Below, in pieces: positions 8,047-17,700 of a DNA stretch of 64,000 bases. A program made the translations under genes and the position numbers. The notes beneath the pieces are model-generated. The model made no database searches, was not told the origin of the DNA, and saw nothing but the letters and a program-made list of their open reading frames with translations. Source of the DNA: a virus; the IMG/VR virus record IMGVR_UViG_3300045257_000190, positions 3,493 to 67,492 of that record. The stretch is one strand, 5' to 3'. Every line of letters starts with the position of its first letter. Within the stretch, counting starts at the first letter, position 1.

Positions 8047-11004
8047 ATGGATCTGCCGACCACGCTCGCCCGTATCGTCCCCACCACCCCTGGCACGTAT
8101 CTTATCGTCGTCTATAAAACACCCAGAGGTATCACTTACCGATCCTTCCCGGCCGACACCGGCCACCTGAGTGCCGCTGCGCTGATGGAGCGCATGTCCG
8201 CCCAGGGGTTTGATACGTATTTCGCCATCAGCGGGTTCACCGCGCCCCGCCGTCTGCGCACCAACGTCGCGGGCAGTCGCGCGCTCTACATCGACGCCGA
8301 CGTGGCACGCCCTGGCGACGGCAAGGATCCCGCCAAGGTATTCCCGGACCGCAAGGCGGCCTGGACGTGGCTGACGCGGTTCACCAAGGGCACGGGATTG
8401 CCCTTGCCGAACGTCACCATCGACTCGGGCTACGGGTATCACTGGTACTGGGTGCTGGACGAGGTGCTCGACCTGGACCGGTGGCAGGCGCTGGCCGACG
8501 CGTTTTTGGCGGCCATGATCGCGCATGGCTGGACCGGAGACACCGCGCCGACGATCGATGGCGCAAGAATATTACGCCCGCCGGGTCTGCTGAACCACAA
8601 GGAGCCAAGCACCCCCGCGCCGACCAGCGTGTTCACCCACGTACTTTTCCCGTCAGACGATCATCCCCTTAAACTTATAGAAAATAGTCTACAGGCCTAC
8701 CGGAATTCCACTCCGACTCGGCCGGGAAGCCTGTCAAGCGGGAAAACGAGCGCCCATCGAAGTGTCGCCAGTTCGTTGGGCACTCCGCCGGCGCACGTTA
8801 CTCCGGGAGTAAACCAGGGTCTGAACGCTGCCGCCCATGCCAACATGGGCAACCTGCACGAGCCTCACTGGTTCGAACACATCGCCACCCGCTGCCTGCA
8901 AGCCAAGCAATCCCTGGACACCAACGGCGCGGGTGATTCCTACCAGCTCTGGTACCTGGGCTGGATCACCCTGCTGGCCTTCTGCGAGGACGGGGACGAC
9001 TTCATCCACCTCGTGTCCAGCGCGCACCCGAAATACGCCCAGGCCAACGTCGACGCGCATTTCACCCAGGCCCAGCACGAGATCGCCACCAAGGGCCTCG
9101 GCCCGCCCACCTGTGCGGCCCTGGATCTGGCCAACCCCGGCGTGTGCGCCGGCTGTCCCTTCCGGGTCAAGGTCAAATCCCCCATCGCCCTCGGCTATCC
9201 TGCCGATCCGCTGGGGGATCTCCCGCAAAACTACCGGCGCACCGGCACCCACATCGAGGGGCTGGTCGGTCAGGGGAAAACGCAGCGCTGGGCGAAGCTG
9301 ATGCCCGGCGACGTAACCAACCCCTGGCTCGAGCAGGTAACCATCGGCGGCCAGCGGTTGCACTTCGAGTATCTGTTCGGTGGCGAGGTCATACCGATCA
9401 ACGCGCTGGCTGAAGCAGTCAGCATGGGTGGCGTTGCCATCGTGCAGCATCTGACGCGCCTGGGTATCACCGCGACCAAGCTCGAGTTCGAACGCATAGG
9501 GGACTTCCTCGTGGCCTGGATCAAGCAGCTCCGCGACCGGCGTGTGATCAACCGCGACGGGCTGCGGCCCTTTGGTTGGACCCATGACGAACAGGGCAGG
9601 CACCTGGGCTTCGCGGTCGCCGGCACGCACTACCTTGCCGACGGCAGCGAGCAGATGATCGCCGCCGGCGATGCGACGATTGCTTCGTACTATCGACCGG
9701 CGGGGGATTATAGCGAGTGGCTCAAACCGGGCGCGCTATTCCAGAACAGCGAGCCGGCGGCGCAGCTGATCATCGCCACGGCGTTCGCGGCACCCCTGAT
9801 ATCGCTGGCCAGCATGGTCAAAGGGGTGAGCTGGAACTTCTGGTCGAGCAACTCGGGCGTGCAAAAAACCGCCGCGATGGATTACGCCCAGTCGGTGTGG
9901 GGCGATCCGGTGCAGAAGTCCTCGCAGTCGGATACCTACAACGCCGTGGTGAACCTGCTGGGCACCACGCGCGTGCTGCCACGGTACTGGGACGACATGC
10001 TCTGTGACGACAAGGAGTCACAGGAAACCTTTAACGCATTGGTGCGCAGCATCACCCAGGGCGCCGAGAAGAACCGCCTGAGCGCATCCGCGCAGCTGCA
10101 GCGACGGCACGAGTGGGAGACCATGCTGGTAATCTCATCCAACCGGTCCCTGAGTGACCTACTGGCGGCCAACGACACGACCGATAGCGGATACCAGCGC
10201 CTGATCCAAGTGAAGTTTGAGCGACAGGCCACGCCGCATAATGCGCAGGTGGGTCTCACGCTGAACCTGATCAAGAACAACTACGGCCACGCGGGGCGCA
10301 TCTACGCCAAGCACATCGCCATGCATCACGATCCTATCCAGCAGGAGATCGTCGAGTCGATGGACGTGCTGGGTCAGAAGTTCAGCGTCCAGCAGGCCGA
10401 GCGTCACTTCGTCACCGCGATGGCGTGCATCCTTGTGGGCGCACGCCATGCCGAGAAACTCGGGCTGTTCACCTTCGACCATCGCGGCATGCTGAACTGC
10501 ATGCGGTTGTCACTAGGGGATCTGCGCAGCGCCACCGGTGCGCAGGTGCTGGTGGGCAACACCGGCGTGTTCGACCATGTGGAAGTGCTGGCACGCTACG
10601 CACACTACGAAGCAGCGCGTCGGGTACGCACGGATATTCTTGGCACGCCGGGTAGCATGAAGCCGAACATCCTCGGGTCGCCTACCGCCAACAACATCAA
10701 CGTGCAGATCGCCCAGCGGGCAGCTATCCTGCGCATCAACCGGTCGGATTTCCGCAAGTGGATGACGGCCAACAACATCCCCGCCAATGACCTGATCAAG
10801 CAGATCAGCCAGCTACCCAACGTACGCCAGACCCGCGAACATATCGGCGGGGGAACGCCATGGGCTACCGTGAAGCTGTGGGTGCTGGACATACCCCTGG
10901 TAGGACCATTGGCGAGCTTCCTCGATTCGATCGACCAGCAGCCCATCCATGGGCTGACCCACCTGCAGAACCTGCGGCAGGATGCGCCCACGTCCACGCC
11001 ATAG
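8047..11004 (+). CDS. AEP (RepB-like) primase fused to DUF927/helicase-like domain
   Basis: YIDAD, SGYGYHWYW, DGARILRPPG; Cys cluster C...CAGCPF; FGW; FAAPL; degenerate P-loop SNSGVQKT; NNYGHAG. Confidence 0.82.
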   Translation: MDLPTTLARIVPTTPGTYLIVVYKTPRGITYRSFPADTGHLSAAALMERMSAQGFDTYFAISGFTAPRRLRTNVAGSRALYIDADVARPGDGKDPAKVFPDRKAAWTWLTRFTKGTGLPLPNVTIDSGYGYHWYWVLDEVLDLDRWQALADAFLAAMIAHGWTGDTAPTIDGARILRPPGLLNHKEPSTPAPTSVFTHVLFPSDDHPLKLIENSLQAYRNSTPTRPGSLSSGKTSAHRSVASSLGTPPAHVTPGVNQGLNAAAHANMGNLHEPHWFEHIATRCLQAKQSLDTNGAGDSYQLWYLGWITLLAFCEDGDDFIHLVSSAHPKYAQANVDAHFTQAQHEIATKGLGPPTCAALDLANPGVCAGCPFRVKVKSPIALGYPADPLGDLPQNYRRTGTHIEGLVGQGKTQRWAKLMPGDVTNPWLEQVTIGGQRLHFEYLFGGEVIPINALAEAVSMGGVAIVQHLTRLGITATKLEFERIGDFLVAWIKQLRDRRVINRDGLRPFGWTHDEQGRHLGFAVAGTHYLADGSEQMIAAGDATIASYYRPAGDYSEWLKPGALFQNSEPAAQLIIATAFAAPLISLASMVKGVSWNFWSSNSGVQKTAAMDYAQSVWGDPVQKSSQSDTYNAVVNLLGTTRVLPRYWDDMLCDDKESQETFNALVRSITQGAEKNRLSASAQLQRRHEWETMLVISSNRSLSDLLAANDTTDSGYQRLIQVKFERQATPHNAQVGLTLNLIKNNYGHAGRIYAKHIAMHHDPIQQEIVESMDVLGQKFSVQQAERHFVTAMACILVGARHAEKLGLFTFDHRGMLNCMRLSLGDLRSATGAQVLVGNTGVFDHVEVLARYAHYEAARRVRTDILGTPGSMKPNILGSPTANNINVQIAQRAAILRINRSDFRKWMTANNIPANDLIKQISQLPNVRQTREHIGGGTPWATVKLWVLDIPLVGPLASFLDSIDQQPIHGLTHLQNLRQDAPTSTP

Positions 11005-11020
11005 CGAGGAGCACCAGAGA

Positions 11021-12781
11021 GTGGCGATAGAGAACTCGATCACGATCACGGTCACCGGATACGTCAACCATGACGGACCCATAGACGCGCAGTTCGTGTT
11101 GCAGGTGCCCGCACCAGAGCCGCCTAACCCCACACCCACGCCCACCCCAACGCCGACACCCACTCCAACACCGACACCACCGCCCAGTGGCGACACCACG
11201 CCGCTGAGCGTGCGCATCGACTATCAGGGTACCAGCCACGTGTTCAACGAAACGGCGGGTGTGGACCTGGGTGACTACCGCGAGACGGGCGGGCACTTCA
11301 CCCAGCGCTGCGTGCTTTGCACGCTGCCCGAGCTACCTGGGTTCCGCGTCATGTTCCGCCGCGATCGTGGCGGTGCGCCGCGCGACGAGGTGGTGTTCGA
11401 ACTGGGGACGCTGTTCACCGGCACACCGGCGAACATGCCGGCCTACATCGCGACGATCCTGCGCGACGGGAATACGCTCGCGGTGGTCGACGCGTCGCTG
11501 GGGCACTACTGGAACGCGTGCTGGCGCTGGCAGTCGGCGCCACGGCCGATCATCTACCCCGCTGCCGGGCTGATGGGGACGATGCTGCCGGCGTACTCGG
11601 ACGCATTGTTCGGATCGAAGATCCCCCTCTCGGCGCCGCGCCACTATGCCGGGCCGATGGATCTGGCGGGGATAACAGCTTACATCCCTAGCACCGGCGA
11701 GCGCGACGAGATCGGTCCGTGCACGGAAGCACAGGCAGAGTTTCTGTGTACTGGCAGCGACGCAGCGTGGGCCTCGACGCTGGCGCAGCTCGAGGGAGCG
11801 GGCACGATCCCGCTGCGGTTCCGCGATGAGCATACCAACGCGCCGCTGGACTGGGCTGCTTACCCCCAAGCGACGATGTATTCGCCCAACGGGGCAAACC
11901 CCTACATCAAGAACCCGACCAGCCCGGTGACCCTGGACTCTGCTCACATGGGAAGTTTTGCGTACGTCCCGTTCGTGCTGACCGGCGATCCCTACGCCCT
12001 TGAATGGGTGCAGTTCTGTGCGGTCTACAACGTCGTCTGCCTGAGCCCCGGCGCACGCGCGAACTTCTCTCTCGGCAACGCAATCCGCGCGGTGGCATGG
12101 GCGCTGCGCTCGCTGGTACAGGCGGCCACCGTGACGCCCGACAATGTGCCGGGATGGTTGTTGCCGAAAACGATCTTCCAGTCACGCTTCGACGATCAGC
12201 GCCAGTGGTTTCTCGACAAGTATGTCAACGGCACGACCAAGCCCTGCAGCGATCTATGGATCTTGCAGACGCCCGAGAACTCGCCTGGGTCGCCGACATC
12301 GAAGCCACCGGCGAACACCTACGTGTCGATATGGATGGAGGACTTCCTTACCACGGTGCTCGGTTGGGTTGTCGCAATGGGTCACAGCGACTGGCAGTCC
12401 ATTCTCGAGTGGAAAGCCAAGGACACGATGGCGCGCACCAACGGTACATCGGGTTGGGTGCGCGCGGTGCCCACGATGTATCAGTGCATGACGCGCGAAG
12501 GGCCTACCGGTCTCTCGGTAACGAGTTGGCATGACGCATGGAACCTCAACGCACGCCTGCTGCCCGACGTGTGCGCCTACGACGATCCGAACGTGATCCC
12601 CGCACAGGTGGATATCACCTACCCGTCCTACACGCTGGGCGCGCTGGCGCTGGGCGCGCATGCGGGCGTGGACGGTGTAGCTGAGTGCTATGACTGGCTG
12701 CTCAGGCAGCTGCAGGCCAACACCACGACCAGCAAATACCCCCGACGTAAGTGGGCGATCAGTACCACGACGAACCATTAA
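11021..12781 (+). CDS. PT-linker protein, possible carbohydrate-active (alpha-helical barrel) protein
   Basis: GAGGAG SD plus GTG; (PT)n linker at about 11125-11185; Trp/Tyr-rich large domain. Confidence 0.55.
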   Translation: MAIENSITITVTGYVNHDGPIDAQFVLQVPAPEPPNPTPTPTPTPTPTPTPTPPPSGDTTPLSVRIDYQGTSHVFNETAGVDLGDYRETGGHFTQRCVLCTLPELPGFRVMFRRDRGGAPRDEVVFELGTLFTGTPANMPAYIATILRDGNTLAVVDASLGHYWNACWRWQSAPRPIIYPAAGLMGTMLPAYSDALFGSKIPLSAPRHYAGPMDLAGITAYIPSTGERDEIGPCTEAQAEFLCTGSDAAWASTLAQLEGAGTIPLRFRDEHTNAPLDWAAYPQATMYSPNGANPYIKNPTSPVTLDSAHMGSFAYVPFVLTGDPYALEWVQFCAVYNVVCLSPGARANFSLGNAIRAVAWALRSLVQAATVTPDNVPGWLLPKTIFQSRFDDQRQWFLDKYVNGTTKPCSDLWILQTPENSPGSPTSKPPANTYVSIWMEDFLTTVLGWVVAMGHSDWQSILEWKAKDTMARTNGTSGWVRAVPTMYQCMTREGPTGLSVTSWHDAWNLNARLLPDVCAYDDPNVIPAQVDITYPSYTLGALALGAHAGVDGVAECYDWLLRQLQANTTTSKYPRRKWAISTTTNH

Positions 12782-12798
12782 GATAAGGGATACACACG

Positions 12799-14133
12799 AT
12801 GTCCGACACGGTGACCCGTGAGGAATTTGACGCGCTCGAGGCCCGTGTCACGGCGCTCGAGGAGGAGATGGGTGACCTCGGGCCCGATCCGATACCACCG
12901 GATCCGATACCGCCAGAGGAGGGCATCCAGGCCAAGCGCATCGTCGACCTGATCGAGCGGTTCGGTGTGAACACGTTCAGCTCGATGGACGAGAACAATA
13001 CTTGGGGCAGCTGGCCGGCGGATTATTCGCCGCCGTCCACCGTCGCGGCACTGAGATACCTCGTCGGCGATAGCGGGTTCACCCTGGGCATCCGCGAGTA
13101 CCACTACGTCGGCCGCTACGACATGCAGAAGCAATGGTTCGCGGCGATCCTGACGGAGTTCCCCGACACGCGGTTCACCGTGTGCCCTGGCGCCAACGCC
13201 AGCGTCACCGATGTGCCCACCATGTTGCTGCTGCCGCACACCTGGGTGGAAGGGTTAAACGAACCCAACACCGACTTCGGTTCCGGCGAGGTTCCCTTCG
13301 AGACGACCCTCGCCATCCAGGATGCCATCATCGCTGGCGAAGATCATGGCATCATGGGGCCCAGCATCGTGGCGGGTACGCCACATCCCGAAGGTTGGAT
13401 AACGGGTTACTGCGGAACACCGGAGAACCTTGCGAAGCTTAACGAAAAGCTGGATCTCGGCAACGGGCACTACTATCCGCCCGCGTCACCCGACGTGCCC
13501 GGCACAGGTTACTCGGTGAACGAGTATGTGGGTGGGCTGTGGGGGGTGTACGGACATGATCTGGTCCACCTGACCGAGTTCCATCCCACGTTGTACAACG
13601 CGCGGGGTTTCAAGCCCGACCAGAAGGGCTGGGACGGACATCGTGACGCGTATTACACGCTATGCACGTGGCTGCGCTGCTGCCAGAACGGCACGCAGGG
13701 CCTGTGGTGGTACGCGCTGTTCGACTACGGCACCGTCTACAAGTGCGGCCTGTTCCCGCAGAAATACGCCAATGACCCACGACCGGTGGCCGAGGCGATC
13801 CGCAACCTGTGTACGATTTGCACCGACAAGGGTAACCGGCATGAGTTCATGCCCGGTGTGCTGGGCATAACGGTTAACGGGATGACCGACGCGATGGACT
13901 ACGACGTGTATCAGGCGAGCGATGGTAGATATCTCGTGCCGGTGTGGCACGCCGCCGAGGAACTCGGGCAGGGCGATGCGGTGACGGTCACCTTCGAGTT
14001 CGACACACCTGTGAAAAGCATCAACCTGTACAACCCGCTCGCCGGTGCCGCTTCGGTCGAGACGCGTCACGACGTCATACAGATGACGTTCGCCCTGCCA
14101 CCGGGCGTAGTCGTGTTCGAGATCCATCCGTAA
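12799..14133 (+). CDS. Clan GH-A-like glycoside hydrolase with N-terminal coiled coil
   Basis: EGLNEP (acid/base), HYYP, HLTEF (nucleophile), WYALFD; PDPIP linker; beta-rich C-terminus. Confidence 0.65.
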   Translation: MSDTVTREEFDALEARVTALEEEMGDLGPDPIPPDPIPPEEGIQAKRIVDLIERFGVNTFSSMDENNTWGSWPADYSPPSTVAALRYLVGDSGFTLGIREYHYVGRYDMQKQWFAAILTEFPDTRFTVCPGANASVTDVPTMLLLPHTWVEGLNEPNTDFGSGEVPFETTLAIQDAIIAGEDHGIMGPSIVAGTPHPEGWITGYCGTPENLAKLNEKLDLGNGHYYPPASPDVPGTGYSVNEYVGGLWGVYGHDLVHLTEFHPTLYNARGFKPDQKGWDGHRDAYYTLCTWLRCCQNGTQGLWWYALFDYGTVYKCGLFPQKYANDPRPVAEAIRNLCTICTDKGNRHEFMPGVLGITVNGMTDAMDYDVYQASDGRYLVPVWHAAEELGQGDAVTVTFEFDTPVKSINLYNPLAGAASVETRHDVIQMTFALPPGVVVFEIHP

Positions 14134-14145
14134 AGGAATTGTACG

Positions 14146-14247
14146 ATGCCGCCCGCTGACGACGTGACTGTAATCATCTCCCTGTGGATCACCGGCGGTG
14201 CTGCTGCCGGCCTGCTGATCTGCTGGCTGTTCGATAAAATACGATGA
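14146..14247 (+). CDS. 33-aa membrane peptide (below ORF-track cutoff)
   Basis: AAGGA SD; MPPADDVTVIISLWITGGAAAGLLICWLFDKIR; ATGA overlap with next ORF. Confidence 0.5.
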   Translation: MPPADDVTVIISLWITGGAAAGLLICWLFDKIR

Positions 14248-14420
14248 CCCGTCAGGAGTTCATCGACGAGGCCAAGCGCAAGCAAGATATCTATGCCGCG
14301 CAGCGCCTGTGTCACACCGACATGATGCGCCTGGAGATCCAGGCCGCCCGTGAATACGAAGTGATCTGGCAGCGCATTGTATGCGACTTCCACCAGGAAT
14401 GGAGTGCGAAGCATGGTTAG
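14244..14420 (+). CDS. 58-aa hypothetical protein (below cutoff)
   Basis: MTRQEFIDEAKRKQD...SAKHG; translationally coupled; GC-rich third positions. Confidence 0.55.
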   Translation: MTRQEFIDEAKRKQDIYAAQRLCHTDMMRLEIQAAREYEVIWQRIVCDFHQEWSAKHG

Positions 14421-14637
14421 CACATGCCTGCGGCACAACTATCTATACAAGGGTAACAACTGCCCTCAATGCAGCAAGGACGAACTGATCATGCAGTGGG
14501 GTGCGTCAGCTACCATCGTCCCCCAGCAGGAATACCTGCGAGTGGTAACAGATAACCGACGAGCACGAGCACCAGGATCAGCAACAGGATCAACCGCACA
14601 ATCAACGGGAACGGTGGTGGCAATGGTATCAAGGTGA
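14413..14637 (+). CDS. Small Cys-containing hypothetical protein
   Basis: GGAG SD; C..H and CPQC; 3' end overlaps the convergent membrane gene. Confidence 0.35.
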   Translation: MVSTCLRHNYLYKGNNCPQCSKDELIMQWGASATIVPQQEYLRVVTDNRRARAPGSATGSTAQSTGTVVAMVSR

Positions 14638-14701
14638 TGATGTAGAAGATCACCCCGAAGATCAGCAGGATGATCAGCAGATGTATGAGAAGGGTGATCA
14701 T
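14510..14701 (-). CDS. Two-TM small membrane protein, holin candidate
   Basis: Two hydrophobic helices split by IPLPPPF; last gene of the late operon; GGGAG SD. Confidence 0.65.
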   Translation of the reverse strand: MITLLIHLLIILLIFGVIFYIITLIPLPPPFPLIVRLILLLILVLVLVGYLLPLAGIPAGGRW

Positions 14702-14743
14702 CGATCGTACTTCTCCCTATTCGCCTTGTGACTGGCGGCACCT

Positions 14744-17700
14744 TTACGGGGCATTGGCGAACGCTCCCGCGCCCATGAGTGCTGCCGCCGACTGCTTAGG
14801 CAACCGCAGGCCGAAGGTGGCGCTGGACTTCTTCGAGGCTTTCTCCTGCTGCAGCAGCTGCTCGCGGGTGATCCGCGCGTGGGGGTTGGCCGCGTTATAC
14901 GCCACGATGGCCTGCCACGCCGCCGCACGGTCCGCTGGGCTGCCCTCGAGCCAGCTTGTGGTCAGCTGCGAGCGCTCGGCGGACTGCTCCTGGCGGGCCT
15001 CCAGGACCGCCGCGCGCCCCTCGCGGGTCTCGGACACCCGGGCCGGGTTGAACCCCACCGCGCGCAGCCCGACGTCGCTGTAGGAGATCTTGGACGGCGG
15101 CAGGATGGTGTGCCCCTTGGAGTCCACCACGCCCTTGCGGGCCAGATTGATCGCGTCCATCGGGTCACGGACGATGCGGGGGATCAGGGCGCGAGTGCCA
15201 CCGAGATCGCCCTGCAGCAGCTTCGTCGCGCCCTCCACGGCCTTGGTGAGGTTGTCGCCGGTGGCGCCGGTGACCAGATGCATCAGCACCTCGCCGATAC
15301 CCTTCGCGCCGAAGTTGGACAGCTCGGGCATCTCGAGCAGGTTGTTCAGCGCCACGCGCCGGTGCACGTCGAACCCCAGCGCATGCGGCAGGCCGCGCGA
15401 TATGAGTTCGCCCGCTGTCTTGCCGAACACGCTGGCGATCGCGCCTCGCATGCTGTTCTCGTAGTTATGCGGGGCGCGCCCGTGGAACAGATCCCAGGCG
15501 CCGCCCAGGTAGCGGATCGCGTCGGTGGTGGGCAGCCCCAGCACGCCGGCCATCATGGCGTGCGTGCCCATCAGATACGCCAGTGACTTGCGTGCTTCCC
15601 AGCGCTCGGCGGAGGTGCCGGCACGCATGCTCTCTTTCACCAGCGTGCCCATCATCGCGTACATATGCAGGCCGTAGCGCTTGAACTGCATCAGCGGCGC
15701 GCCCGCCCACTTCAAGGGCCCCATCGGCGAGGTGAGCAGTTCCCGATTCCCCGAGGTGTAGTTGGGCGCCACCCGCCGGGCGGTCTTCTCGGCGTACTCA
15801 ATGGCGCCCGCCACGTCGCCCTTATTCTTCGCCAGCTCGAGATCGAACGCCGACTTCGCCGAGACGTAGCGGTTAATCGCGTCCACGTAGTGCGCCACGA
15901 TCGCGTTGGTGTCGGCGACGCGCTCCCACATGCCGGCGATCTTGCCGTCGAACACGCCGTCGGGGTTCATCTGCCGGCGCATATCGCTCATCTGCGTATG
16001 GTCGATCACGCCCGACTGGGCCAGCATGTCGTGCAGCGCCTGGATATGCGCCTTGTTGGCACCGGGCGCGTCCTGGAACTGCTTGGTCAGCATGTCCAGC
16101 ACGTTCCAGTTGGACGATTGCAGGTTGTGGCGCATCGCCTGCAGCATGCCGTCGCCTGATTTACCCAGCACGGGTGCCGCCCGCGCGAGGTTCCGGGCAA
16201 CCGCCGACGTCGCCCTGAAGATCCCATGCCGCCCGCCCAGCAGGGCGATGCTGTTAGTGTGCGCCTCCATGGTGGACGTCACCATGTGCGAGGGCGACAT
16301 CAGGCTCATCGCGTAGTTGAACGCGTTCACGTGCGCCAGATTGCGCTGCACCGAGTTGTTCATGTCCTCGGGCCGCTGGATGCGCTTCTCGAGCGACTGG
16401 ATCACCATCGCCGCCCGGGTCGCGTCCCCCGGGTCGGCACCCGGTCGCTCGAGGTCGCGCTGCTGCGCCCAGAGATTATCCAGGGTTGCTTGTCTCTCAG
16501 CGCCGTGGCGCAGGTAACCCAGCCGGTTCACGTGGTTGACGAACTCGTTGGCCAGCACGCGGGAATGGTTGGTCTCGGCACCCACGATACCCTGGCGGCG
16601 CAACCGCTGGCGCGCCGCCTGGGTGTCGGACATATGGTTGACCAGGATGCTGGCCAGCACGTCCCGCGCGTGCTCGGCCTGCGCGGCGGTGAAACCCTTG
16701 CGCGCAAGCGCGCTCTCGAGTTCGCCCACCGCCGGGTGGGTGGCCAGGATGTCCTTGGTGAACTTCTGGTTGTGGCGGGTAACCTGCCACACGTCCTTCT
16801 CGCCGTATTGCTTGACCAGCTCGGCGCGCCGGTCCAGCGCTTTGCTCTTGCGGTCGAAGAACTCGACGCCCCGGTTTTCATCGGTGCCATAGTGCACCAC
16901 GTATTTCCCGTAGCGACGCTGGGGAAAGTAATCCCCCTTGGTGTAACCATACGAGTGCGCCTTGGCGACGATCTTCGCCAGATCGCGGTTCTCGGCCCAC
17001 TTGGTGCCGAACGCCTTGGCGATCTCGGAGTTGTCGGGGTCTTTCATGTACGCCTCGAGGGACTCCTGATTGCGCAGCGCATGCACGAATGCGCTTTGCT
17101 GATCGGGCGTGACATCGGGTATCACCGACTTCAATGATCCCGAAAGTTCAGCCTCCCGTGTCTCCTTGTAGAACTGCTTGTACAGATCTCTGGCTTTGTT
17201 ATAAAAATCTTTGGCTCCGGACGACAGCTTCGCATACTCGGCCTGCGCCGATCGTAGTTCAGCCTGCTGCTCCGGGGATTTCAGATGCGCATTGGCGTCG
17301 GGCTTTACCCCCTCGCCCAGATGCATCTCCCCGATCGAGGCCTTGTTCATCAGCTGCCCCAGTTCCTTCTGGTCCGACAGCTTCCCCCATTGCTTGATCA
17401 GCGCGCGCGTAGCATCCCCGAAGCGCTGCGCCGCCTCAGTGCCGGTGCGGGCAATGGTGTCGCGGATGCGCCGGTAGTCCTCCAGCCCGGGGAGAATATC
17501 CTTGTGGAAGCTGGTAAGTGCGTCGACGTTGGTAGCACCATATACGGCGTTGCGTAATCGATCAGGCAGATTGCTTGGACGAATCCGCTCGACAATGCCT
17601 CGTCCAGCGTCACGAAGGTAATCAACGGAAGCTTGGCGCAGAGGCTCGGCATGGGCGCGCAAGACCGGGTCACTGGGGTTTACCCTTTCATTGTGCTTGA

